This document shows positions 51,891-64,000 of a stretch of DNA of 64,000 nt, in pieces. The position numbers and the translations under genes are program-made. Location: positions 1,240,001 to 1,304,000 of the forward strand of contig LSRY02000025.1 of assembly GCA_001643675.2 (NCBI GenBank), given 5' to 3'. How positions within the stretch are numbered: position 1 is the stretch's first letter; each line of letters starts with the position of its first letter. The notes below the pieces were generated by a model. That model was not told where the DNA came from and made no database searches. It saw only the letters and a list, made by a program, of their open reading frames with translations. Source of the stretch: Monocercomonoides exilis PA203. Taxonomy: Eukaryota; Protista; Preaxostyla.

Positions 51891-54800
51891 TTTCTTCTGC
51901 AGCAAAAAAGAGTCCCTCTATTTCGAGCTGCTCAAATCTTGGTTCTTCTATTGGAAGATTTATATTTGTTTAATGCGATTGATTAGTCAGTTGGAAAATG
52001 GAAATACCATGCATATTCCTCTAGTTTTCGTGCAATTCAGCTTCGTGGTCTGTTCTCCACATTCATCGTTTCCATTTATTTGCATTCTGTTTGTGGTTTT
52101 GTAAACACTAGAGTGAAAGCATTTTATCTGCATAAGGTGAATTCTAAGACTCTTCCAGACAAATCTCAGTTGATTCATTAAAAGAAGTAAAAAAAATGAA
52201 GAATACGAAGAATATGAAGATTACGAAGATGATGATGATAAGATGAATTAGAAGAAACTGATGCTTTTTCCTTGTTTGAATTCAACTCTGCTTTTATAAC
52301 AGACACATTTGTGAGTGTGGCAATCACATCCAAATGCCAAGCGGCTACTGCCAGATGGATGGAGAGAAAGCTTCTAGTCAAATAGCAGCTGCATTTTCGA
52401 GCAGTTGGCTGGCTGGGGAGAGAAGAGAAGGAAAAAAAATGAATGCAATGAGGGCGAATACGTGTGTGGCTGTTGTGTTGAGGTATCTTTTGTTAACGAA
52501 TAAGAGGAAGAGGAAGAAGAAGAAGAAGGGTTGATTGATGAAGGAATTGATGAAAACATTGGAATCTGAGAGAATGATAGAACATCAACAGGAGAAGAAG
52601 GGAGGAGGAAGAAGACAGAGAAGAGGAAGAAGAGGAATCAGAGAGAATAGGAGAAGGAGGAGGGGAAGTAGAAGAAGGTGGAGGAAAAGAGGAAAGAGTG
52701 GTTGAGTTTGGAGAAGAGGAAGAGGAGGAGGAGGAGAAGAAAAGGATGAAGAGGAAGAAGAGGAAGAAGAGGAAGAAGAGGAAGAAAAGGAGAAAGAAGA
52801 AGAAAAGGATGAAGAGGAAGAAGAGGAGCGACGGTGAATGTGGCGAGGGGACATACGCGACGGAGGTTTCTGGAACTCATTCAGGTTTTTTAGTTGAAGA
52901 AGAAGAAGTAGAAGGAGGAGGAGAAGAAGGAGTAGGAGGAGGAGGAGGAAAAGGAGGTGGAGGTGAACGCAACGAAGGAGAAGAATGAGAAGAAGGTGAG
53001 AGAGAAGAAGATTTTTCATATTGAGGAGACGAGGAAGTTCCGGCAGATGGTGGAAGGATTGTGACAGATGAAGATGAAACAGCGAATGAAGGGATGTTTG
53101 TGTGGTGTGTGTTAGGTGAAGAAAGCGAATTCTCTCTCGAAATAGCAGAACCATCTGCAGATATAATTGTTGCGGAAGAAGAAGAAAATTGACATGTCTC
53201 AAAACAATCTGTTCCTCTGAGTAGATGCCTCATCATGCATGAAAACATTGCAGGTGGCGGAGGAGGTTGAGGGAGGGTTGGTGGAAGAGGTGGAAGAGGA
53301 GGAAGAGGCAGCGTGTCTGAAGAGTGTGAAGGCAGAGAAGGCATCTGCACACAAGAACAATCAGATCCTTCACAAGCACTTCCAAAGGGAATTTTCGACA
53401 ATATCGGTGTGTGGCAGACACTCTCAAACTGTGTGATGCCAGATAGAAACAACTGCGATGCAGATGGCTGGCTGGCTGATGAACAATTGAAATCACAATC
53501 ACATCTACTCGAATTAGAGATCATATATGAAGAGGAATATGAAGAATAAGAATAAGAAGAAGAAGAAGAAGAAGATGATGACGACGACGATGACGATGAA
53601 GGAGAAGAAGGAGAAAAAGTTGACAACATTCAAGATATCAAGGAAGATGAAGAGTGAGTTAATGAAAACGTGTGAGGACAATACCAATAATTTTTTTATT
53701 TGCGCCTGATGTATAAGTCAACCAATTCGAAGCAACGGATAGAAAATGGAGCTAACAAAATGGAGCGGCGATGGTGCGTGAAGAAAGATTCAGAAGATGA
53801 GTTCAATCAATAATGGTTTTCAAAAGACGATGATAAAGGAAGTGGAGAAAAAGATGATGAAGAAGATATCGAAGCAGATGTTAACTGGCAGAGTGGAGAA
53901 TGTGCGGAGGAAGAAGAATGGTGGAGAGAAGCAAGTTGGAAAAGACAATTAAGACATGTGTTTCGATCAAGAGGAAATATACGGCAGGAGAAATGTGAAA
54001 TGATAAAAGAGTGGCATGCGCAGGGCAGAAGATTGGAATGAATAGACGTTGAGTGAAATAATGTTGAAAAAAATGATAACGAATTCATTTAAGAAAATAA
54101 ACATGAAATTCTCAAAAATAAATGGTATAACTTCTTTATATTCAAACAATCAAATGATTTTGAAATGGAAAAGGAACGTCAAGGTTGAGATTTTCTTTAA
54201 AAAAAACATTAACTTCAATCAATGTGAAAAATGTTACTTGTAGAAACAACTGTTTTAAAAAACTTCATAATAAAACGGAATGATGGATGAAAATTGAAAA
54301 AATTAAAAACGAAAACAACAAAAAAACACGAATAAGTGAAACAGATAAGCGTATGCAACTGATTTGTTAACGTTAATGCAGATTATGCATGTTTCAATGC
54401 AAAATATTGTTATTTCCAAAAATTGCGAAAAGAAATATGTGAAGAATGAACTTGATCTGTTTTTGCCTTATGAAAATACAGAAATAAATCACAATTTATA
54501 ACTAAACAATAGCAAACATTCCATTTCCACGTTCTTTTCATTAACTATGCTTCAACAAATTGCGAAAAGTTGAACCGTTTATGGAACTTCTAAATATTCA
54601 TGAAAGAATAAAAATTTGATAAATATATAAATAAAATATTGTTAAATAACAGTTATTGATGTTTGTTTCTTTGTCAACCTTGAGAACTTGCTTGTCTTCA
54701 CCACTTCAAGGAAACCTATGAAAAGTTGAAAAATGTTTAATTAACAAAACTGATAAGACAAAACAAATACTAATCAAATCTCGCACAACACAAGGAATAA

Positions 54801-54891
54801 ATAAAACAGTTTAATATAGAAAATTTCAAATATTTCCAAACCAGTTCAGATACAGTGCATGATCTTTATTGTTTTGTAATCAGTTTATTGT

Positions 54892-57877
54892 TTATAACAA
54901 AAGAAGAGAATTTAACGATTCCAAAGAAAGTGAATGCCTTCGATCGCCACAGATTCTTTTTAGCCTTGAAAAAAGGCGCTCGCATGATGCCTCACTACAG
55001 GGCGATGAGATCAATGCGTATGACAAATTGGCATAAATGTTGGGCAAAACTCCTTGCTTTGCTATTTCGTAGTAATAAACCATCCATTTGTCTTGAAAAA
55101 TCGATTGATCACAACAAATAAAATTTGAAGAATGCAAAGAAATTATCTGCTTTCTTATATCGGAGTTCATAGAAAAAAGAACAGAATTTGCATAATCGTT
55201 GAATCCACTTTTGATTCGAGGAAACCAGTCACTTGAAATAGTCTCGAGAATTGTTGATAATGCTTTGGTCCTTTCATCTGAATTTTCTAAATCATCTGTT
55301 GGAAGTTGTTTGCTCGATCCAAGTAAAAACAGTTCGTCAACGATATTTTCATTGGAAGAATAATTGAAAACACTTGAACTTTCTTCAGTTGATGAATCGC
55401 AATAGGTAACCTGTGAGCTTTCAATTGATTCACAAGAGTTTCTTGTGTTATATACAAATTGTTCTTTTGGAATGGTTGTTGATTCTGTCTCTTCATTGAA
55501 CTCATCGTAATCATTTTCGGTGTCATCATCTATAATACCTAATGTTTCTAAAATAAGCTGATTCTGTAAATCATCATTCGGCTCATCGCTTGAATCCTTT
55601 GTGGATAAATTATTTGTTAAATAATTGATCAATTTAAAAAGAATATCGTTGTTCAAAACAGAACTTGAAGGTGAAAATATTGTCTGTGTAATATCCGGTA
55701 CTGGTGTTTGTGCAGATGAAACAGATGCAGATTCTTTTTCCTTTTTTTCTATTTTCGTTTCAAGTTGTTGAAGCGAATAATGAAATGCATTCACAGATAA
55801 AGGAGATCCGAAATTTATCTGTTGTGTTGGTAAAATAAATGTTGGTTTTAAAAATACCGAAGAATTCTGCAATTGTTGATTGGAAAGAAGATAACTGTTT
55901 GCACAATTATCCTTTGCTGTGTCTTGACTCGAAGGAATTTTCATGTTCTCTTGTTGAGCACAAGATATTGTTGAAAATGTTACAGGTGTTATCGATGATG
56001 CTGAAGAAGAAGAGCTGAGAAATGAATTATGCGTTATTTGTGAATGTGTCTTCAGAGTGTTGACAGCAGGATGCGTTGATGAAAAAGGTGATAATTTTTC
56101 TGATGATTTGATAAATTGAGTGAATTCATCTTTAAGAGAATTAAGCTTCGATGAAAAGGAGATCACAAATGAGCTTCGATGGTAAAGTCTCACTCCAATT
56201 GGTGTTAAAGAAAAAGCCAACGCGAATTTGTTACCTCGTTCTCCAGCAAGGAAATAATTATGTAATAAAATCATCAAATGGCAAATGCAAACTTGCCAAT
56301 TCTCATCAGAAAAATAATCAAGATTAATCATCCAAAAATAATAAGCAAACGCTTTAAGTATAAGAGGAAAAACAGATCCCAGTTTAGCGTCATCGTTCTC
56401 GAGCAATAGTTGCAGTTCTCTTAAAGGAAACAGTAATATACCACATCTGATCACATCAAAAATAGAAATATCACCAAAAAACTCAGAAATTGATGGATGT
56501 TTGCAATTAACATAAAAAAAATAACAAATGTCGTATAAACAAAGCCACCTTGTTTTGACAAAGCAAGGGCACGTGGGATTTGTTGGATTTTTCGTTGATG
56601 TTTTCCTGTAGTCTTTGGATATCGTTATAATGGTCTCTTTCAATTGTCTCAAGAATTTGTTTTCGGAAAATAAATGGGTAATAATCAGATTGACTAAATG
56701 ATTTGTGCAGTAAATAAAAAATGGTGGAGTTTGTAATTCATTTTGCCGAGTTTCACAAATAGTTGCATCCTTTGTGAGATTTTGTAACGCTAGCATTTGT
56801 GGTTTCAATCCATCTGTACAAAAACAACGAACCTCCCCATTCGCATCTGACACTTCCTTCATGATAGTATGCGCCAATTTTGTGTAATCTGCAACTGTAA
56901 AACATGCATTGTTCAGGCTCCAAAAAACTGGTTTTCCATTTTCATTCAAGGGAACAACCGTAACAATTGTTAACTTTTTTCCAGCTATAACGCCTCCATC
57001 CATCATGACACCGACCATTTCATTGTTGATTGCTTCATTTCGTTCTTTGATTTTTCTCAAATTTTCGTCTTTGATGAGTAATGATAATTTCCTGCTGGTT
57101 AAAGATGGAAAAATGGTTTCTGAAGATAAAGAAGGGTTTTGTTGAGAAAGTCGAATTAACGTAGAAATGAATGTGTTAAATTCAGATGAATAAGCAGATA
57201 AAAAAGCTATATTGCAATGGCTTATAAGATGAAGGAATTGCTTTATGAGAATACAAAAATCGGAATTGAAAATCTTTTCGACTTTTTTTGGAGGTTTTGA
57301 TAAAATATGAACAGAAGGTTTAGGCTTAAGAAAAGATAACATTGAAGATCCTTTTGTTAAAAAGCATGAATGACTTCTAACGCGATCTGTGTTTTTTCTT
57401 CCAGAAAAGCCGCAGTTTATTCCGTGTTTGCTATTTGGACATAGATAGTAAACATGCCCATCTTTTTTCAATGATCCATCAGGCAAAACTGGCGTGTACG
57501 CAATCCAGAGGGTATTGTTGTTGACTTCAAAGTGTATTTTCCCAATTTCTTCTTTTGTGTTGTTGGGGTGAAGATAATCTAAAAAATTATGAAAATTTTA
57601 TCATTATATTTAAGATCCAAAATAAAAATTTTTAAAACAAACATTTTCCGTTGTTTGTGAATTTTGTGCATATCAAAGTAACAAATGAACATCCTTTTTC
57701 TTTTAATTCAGAAATTTTGTCTGAAAAAGCTTTTTGCTTTGCATGAATACATGAATATTAAAAATTTTAAAGAATTCAAAAGATAATCAATGTTTAACAA
57801 ACTATTTGTGGAATAGATAAGCAGCTTCTTAATTCAGCTGGTAATTCAAAAATGAAACCATCATCCATTTCGGACAT
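54892..57877 (-). CDS. hAT transposase, apparently intact, with two short 5' introns
   Basis: ATG 57877 with two small upstream exons spliced into the 864-aa ORF. Cys/His N-terminus, VMMDG (D), CTDG (D), CTNH (CxxH), TRW, SEASCERLFSRLK (E, hATC). Confidence 0.9.
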
Positions 57878-58172
57878 TTATTATCGACACAACACGACAG
57901 ATCTTGAGATCCGAATGATCCAGACAGATCTGAACAGATCTTTGTCGAATTGATCTGTCGAAAACCCATTAAATACATCTTTATTAATATTTTAAATAAA
58001 AATAAAAATGAATAATTCTTAACAAAATATTTGAAACTAAATACAACAAATTAATGAAAAATAATTTACTAATAGTGAATGAAAAAAAAATATCTTATCA
58101 ATAAAAAAATGAATTTCTTGTCGGTCGACTTGTCGAAACCATTTTTATAAGTCGGCTTGTCGCAAAGGCCTA

Positions 58173-61127
58173 ATGAGAATGAATATTTATTGATGATTGC
58201 AAATTTTGAAGAGCAATCTTCAAACAATCGGTTGCAAATCTGCAATCTTTGGACAGAATTTCGGAAAGGAAGTGGAAGCAAGTCTTCGATTTTCCATTCT
58301 TCTTGAAATGATGAATAATTACGCAGAGGTGTGATATTTCTTTTTTTGTGTAATAATCTCTGCTTTCTTGAGTTTGTTTGATAGGCAAAGTCCAATTTTG
58401 CTTAAAATCCAATAAAGCCAAAAACTCATTCTCTTGAAGATTCTCGACTTCTTCATTAAACTTCTTGCGCTGAAACTTTTGAATAGTGAAATGAACATTA
58501 AGTGTTTCTATTTCTTGCAATTCTGATGTTGTTAAAATTTTTGTTTTTTCTTTTCTTTCCAAAAATTCTTTTCTAACACACAGATTACACATATCGGTTC
58601 TTCTTTTAGCCTTTTCGATGTTAACTGCCAATCTGTAGAATAATGATCTACAAATTTTAACATCAATTTCATATTTCATTCTTCTGAATAATTCATCTTT
58701 TGAACCAAAGAATATCCTCTTTTCTCCTTTAAACCATTTACAGAGACTTTCATCGGTATTCTTAAAAGAATTGTTTGTCCACATTTCTTTTTCAAATAAT
58801 TCTCTATTTTCTTGAACAACTTTCTCTCTTTTAAATAATCAATTCATATAAATGAATCAGGAAATAAAAAAACTTGTTTAATTTATGTTTTAATATTTTA
58901 GAAAACAAACTTCTCAGATAACTCGGAAATGCGATCGTTGGAATTCGTTAAATATATATCATTAAAAGACGAATCATCAATCGCATAACTAAAAAAACGT
59001 GATGACAAAGCAGGTTCATTTACAATTTCATCATTATGCCTGTCGTAAGAAAAAGGTAAAGCAGAAGAAGGCGGAGATGCTGCGCTGCATGTAGGAGTGA
59101 GCTGAAGCGAAGGAAATGGAGCAGAAGAAGGCTGCGAAGACGAGGTGCCTGCAGGATTGAGCTGAAGCGAAGGAAATGGAGCAGAAGAAGGAGGCGTTGA
59201 TGGGATGCCTGCAGGATTGAGCTGAAGCGAAGGAAATGGAGCAGAAGAAGGCTGCGAAGACGTGGTGCTCATTGGATAGCGAGAAAATGAGGGAAACGGA
59301 GCAGAAGAAGGCTGCGAAGACGTGGAGCCTGCAGGATTGAGCTGAAGCGAAGAAAACGAAGCAGAAGAAGGCGGAGATGCTTCGATGCTTGTTGGAGTGA
59401 GCTGAAGCGAAGGAAATGGAGCAGAAGAAGGCTGCGAAGACGAGGTGCCTGCAGGATTGAGCTGAAGCGAAGATAACGAAGCAGAAGAAGGAGGCGTTGA
59501 TGGGATGCTTGTTGGAGTCAGCAGAAGCGAAGGAAATGGAGCAGAAGAAGGCTGCGAAGACGAGGTGCCTGCAGGATTGAGCTGAAGCGAAGGAAATGGA
59601 GCAGAAGAAGGAGGCGTTGATGGGATGCCTGCAGGATTGAGCTGAAGCGAAGGAAATGGAGCAGAAGAAGGCTGCGAAGACGTGGTGCTCATTGGATAGC
59701 GAGAAAATGAGGGAAACGGAGCAGAAGAAGGCTGCGAAGACGTGGAGCCTGCAGGATTGAGCTGAAGCGAAGAAAACGAAGCAGAAGAAGGCGGAGATGC
59801 TTCGATGCTTGTTGGAGTGAGCTGAAGCGAAGGAAATGGAGCAGAAGAAGGCTGCGAAGACGTGGAGCCTGCAGGATTGAGCTGAAGCGAAGATAACGAA
59901 GCAGAAGAAGGAGGCGTTGATGGGATGCTTGTTGGAGTTAGCAGAAGCGAAGGAAATGGAGCAGAAGAAGGCTGCGAAGACGTGGTGCTCATTGGATGGC
60001 GAGAAAATGAGGGAAACGGAGCAGAAGAAGGCTGCGAAGACGTGGAGCCTGCAGGATTGAGCTGAAGCGAAGAAAACGAAGCAGAAGAAGGCGGAGATGC
60101 TTCGATGCTTGTTGGAGTGAGCTGAAAATGAGAAAATGGTGATGTTAATGTTTGAGAATGTGCAGAGCAGAATGGTTTGTGATTGAAAGGATGAATAAGA
60201 TCTGAACTATGTATGTGATTGTTTTCTTTTGTTGTATTTTCTTGATATCTGGATGTTTTTTGAATACATGAATGATTATTTGTAATTTCATTAAAACTAT
60301 CCTGATGAAAATAATGTTGATCTTGATGAATAAGACAGTTTTGTTTTGTGTGCTCAGATATATTCTTTTTTTTGATAAGTTTGAACTTTGAAACAAAGTG
60401 CATATTTGAAAGAGCTTGAATATCTTCAAAATTGAATAAAATTGGTGATGACTGTAGATCATTTGTTGATGAATGATGATTTGAGTTTAAGAATTCAAAG
60501 TCATCATCTGATAAATCTTTAAAAATTCTTGTTTCTTGAATGTTTTGAACTTTGCAACTTTCACTTGTGTTCTTCCTTAACCACCATTCACATAAATAAA
60601 AATCATATAAACTCAATGCTTATGTTTCAATATAGCTTTGAATGAGAAATGAAAAAAAAAACGAACGTTTTTTACTGTTGGGAATCTTCGGTTTGCATGC
60701 AGCAGTTATTTCCAAATTGTGCCTTTTCAACATTCTCTCAGCGTGTAAAATGTTATTCGCTGTACAATTCCAGCCAGCTTTTATAAGTTCAGTTGAAGAA
60801 AATGATCTCAAAAATGTTTGTAACAAGAGTATTTTATTCTTTTTGTCTAAGATATCGTACAATGAACCAGCGTAAATTAGAATGTTTTCCATTTTATCTA
60901 TTCAATCAAAAGAAGAGAAAACAAAAAATGAAACTCAATAAAAAAACATTGATATAACCATTTAGTTTATTGTTAAGCAATTCAAGAATTTCTTTTCCTT
61001 TTTTTGAATGGTACAAAAAGAAAAGAAGAAAAGATGTTTCCTCATTCTTTGAATGATGTTGAAGAAATTCAAAAAGTTTTTTACATAGTTGAGACTTTCT
61101 GCTTTCAGACAAATCTGAAAACGTCAT
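58173..61127 (-). pseudogene. N-terminal, multi-exon part of the Sola-like transposase
   Basis: ATG 61127. Three GT-AG introns link the ORFs 60906, 60620, 58898 and 58170 in frame. TDMCNLC, ALLDFKQNW (D1), QESRDYY, FHFLSE..SKD. Ends INIHSH at the TSD. Confidence 0.75.
59061..60127. repeat. 60-bp coding minisatellite, ~18 units, encoding 20-aa repeats (SSAPFPSLQLNPAGTSSSQP-like)
   Basis: Successive 60-nt lines align in register. Confidence 0.97.
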
Positions 61128-62535
61128 CTTTCTAAAAATAAAATTATCGTGGGATAATTTTTTTTGATCTTTTATGGGATCACAATTAAAGTTTTCCGAC
61201 TTTTCAAAAAGATTATGCCATATTCTATTTTTTTAATCAAAAATTTTCAAAAAGATGAATTTTTTATAATTTTGCTCCTAAAAGAGCATTATCGATTTTT
61301 ACTGAAAAAGAACAAAAGAAGAGTTAAAAAAATATGTGCATGCTTGTTTGTTAATGTGTTTTCAAATATCTTTATTCGTTTTTTGGATTTGAAGTATTCA
61401 GCAATAAATATCACATTTTTCTTTGTTAGATCGTGCCCATAAATATGTGAAAAACAAATAGAAAGTTCTTCAGCTTCGTCGAAAGGGGTTTGTTGAAGTT
61501 ATTTCTTATGCTTTTTAATCAAAAATCGCTCTTCTTATTAATGTACATTGAAAATTTCATAGTTCCATGTATTTATTAATGAGCTGTTATTGCATTTATT
61601 AAACACAAAATATTCAATGTCAATCGGATAATATCACTGTGATAATAGTACTATTTAATTAAAGAATTTTATTTCATTGTTATGTATTATTTGGGTGATT
61701 TTTTTTGATATCATAAAAAAAGATCAAAAATTGAAAAAATAAAATCTATAGTGGTATTTATTGATCAAAGAGTTAAATTGATTTTTGCAGATATTCAGCT
61801 TAAATATCTGTAATATATGTTTGTTTTATTTTAATATGCAAAAATTCATACCTCTTTTATGATTTAAGTGTGAAAGGTTCTTTGATCAAGTTAATTAAAA
61901 ATAAACTTTAAACAAATAAATAAAACTTCAAAAGGAAATGATAAGTTTCATGACTTGCAAAACAAAACTCATTAAGTGGAATTTTATTTATACAACAATG
62001 TTGATGGATATTAACGTTCAAAATAACATTGCTTCAAATAACATGCATTGAGTTTTGCTTTCATTGAGGGAAAACTTCATCACCAATTTCCTGCTGCAGC
62101 TGAGCAGTTCAACGACTTATTATAATAACGAAATGAATGGAGTTAAAACAACAATTGATGATCACAATAGAGTCTATCTCACTTTTCTCTTCAAATTCTT
62201 TTTATGAAATGATTTTCTAGTTTTCTTCTCCATCCGCTGTCCATCTTTCTTCTGTTTCTGCTCCACTTCATCAAAATCCCCCATTTGAAAATGCTGCCCA
62301 TGTTGTGCACTTTCATTCATATTGTTTTCGTTATTTATCTTTCATAACACTGCTTCATTGCTTCTCTCTCTGAAAAACTATTAAAGCTTTTTCTGCGAAT
62401 TTGTGTCATTCATTTACTTAATTTTCTTATCCTCTCAGCCATTTCCCTCTTCCTCGATCACACATTCATCACCAGTCTCACTTTCAACAACCTCACAATA
62501 TTCCATCTCATATCTCTCGCAAACCCCTTCTCTTT

Positions 62536-64000
62536 CTATTCCTTTAACAGTTCCAAGAGTTCCATGAGCAGAGTAAATTTGGAACACAGAAACCAGCAAA
62601 CTTCCGTTGGCCACATGTTTTCCTTGACATAAAAATCAGCAAATTCAGAATCATTGAAGAGGTGAACAAAGAACGAAGAACGAAGAAGAAGAAGAGGAGG
62701 AGGAGGAGGAAGAGTGAGAAGGAGAAGGAGAAGGAGAAGGAAGAAAAAGCATATTTTGCCATTAGATATGATCGAAATATCGTTGGTTATAAATTTCACT
62801 GCATATGATAAACACATTGACAAGTGAAGATACAGAAAGAGTGGTAACCAGGAAGATCTTTCAATTATTGTACTAACAGAAACATCGTATTCCTCAATTT
62901 TCTCACAAAATGTGCGGATTAATCAGATTTTTTATATATCTTCACTCGCCTCTTTCGGGATATTCTTATTAAACAAAGGAAAATACAAGTTATTCTCGAA
63001 CTTTAATAGATGCTCTTCTTCCACTTCTTCTGACTCTTCTTCTTCATTCTTCATTTTTTCTTTTTTCAACTGGAGCAGGGTGCCTGTCGGCTTCGCCATT
63101 CAGTGGGAGAAGAAGCGAATAGAAGAAGGAAACAGGAGGTGATAAGCCATTTTCATCTTCATCTTCATCAATAGCATCTGCGATTGATCCCACAGATGCA
63201 TCTGTCTTGGAAGCATCATACGCGTCGGCAGCAGAAATGGAAGAAATAGAAAGGTGGCTGAGGTGAATATGAGTCGCATGCCACTGTGTATACTGTTGCT
63301 GCTTGTGCTGTCGCAACGTGAATTTGTTGAAGTCATATGAAATATGCTGAGTGGGGTTGTTGGACATCCCTGTAATGTGGTGCTTTGGAGATGCTTTCTG
63401 TTTTGTGGGTGGAGCAGATTCTTTTGTTTGCTACTTCGATGTGAACGAAATCGGAGAGCAAATATCTGTTCTGCAGTGAATGTGAATGTGTTCTTGAAGG
63501 TTATAATCTGTTTGCCTCTTCGTTGCTTCTATCTGCGATAGTGTTGATGGATTTTTTTATCACTGCAGTCGATGCGTTTTGTAACGAAGATGGACAATGA
63601 TGTGATTGGGCGAAGGATGACGGAATGTTATGAGAGGAAGAAGTTAGGGAGAAGGTGATGGAGAAGGAGGGGTTGAGGATGGAGGACGTGATTCTGAGAC
63701 CAGCAGTGATCACTCCGGTAGTTCTTGAGGAGCGATAAGAGGCAGTATGGGATAAGGAGGGAGAAGAAGAAGAACTGAATGAAGATAATGATGTGGAAGT
63801 TGAAGGAGAAGAAAAAGTGGGAAATGAAAAAGAAGTGAATAAAGATGATGGTTGGAAAATGAAAATTTTAACAAAGTTAATGGTGTTTCGATAATTTGCT
63901 GCTGAATCCTTCTTCGATTTTTGATTTCAGGTGGAAATCAAAACAAGTTGTGGTTAGAATTGTCATTGATTTATTCTTCGTCTCCACTCCTTTCATCTTC
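62536..64000 (-). pseudogene. Broken Ser-rich/acidic coding-like sequence of unknown family
   Basis: Short minus-strand ORFs in register, separated by stops; no motif. Confidence 0.3.

Larger units (their letters stand above)
48794..58172 (-). mobile_element. 9379-bp hAT DNA transposon
   Basis: ATGAGAAT|TAGGCCTTTGCGACA ... TGTCGCAAAGGCCTA|ATGAGAAT: perfect 15-bp TIRs and 8-bp TSD. Clustered GTCGG/TGTCG subterminal motifs. hAT transposase inside. Confidence 0.96.

Noticed and set aside
59061-60127. CRISPR-like array (constant segments alternating with variable ones)
   Set aside because: The variable parts recur and are related to each other, the array is an in-frame coding minisatellite, the context is eukaryotic and no cas genes are present.

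Overview
AT-rich, intron-containing eukaryotic protist DNA read in the standard code. Short GT-AG introns, poly-Ser insertions and the expanded gene families suggest an oxymonad such as Monocercomonoides (inference). The first ~16 kb is housekeeping and signalling: a 5'-truncated IRE1 kinase/RNase, a helical hypothetical gene, a spliced alpha/beta-hydrolase lipase that the ORF track only partly shows, a cyclic-nucleotide phosphodiesterase with an N-terminal pseudo-receiver domain (RegA/PDE8-like), and tRNA-Gly(TCC). The rest is mostly mobile DNA around an intact 2598-aa receptor-like pseudokinase gene. (1) A ~9.1-kb PIF/Harbinger-type element (18011-27108) sits between two (TAA)n arrays. (2) A 9379-bp hAT element (48794-58172; perfect 15-bp TIRs, 8-bp TSD ATGAGAAT) splits an otherwise open Sola-like DDD transposase gene that contains a 60-bp higher-order minisatellite. 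(3) A family of ~255-bp MITEs with 4-bp TSDs is present, including a nested pair. Both large elements enclose decayed host-gene pieces: ectodomain or kinase fragments of the receptor-pseudokinase family, and a DDX21-like helicase. They look like transposase-encoding, cargo-carrying ('Pack'-like) DNA transposons, which is the main candidate novel system.
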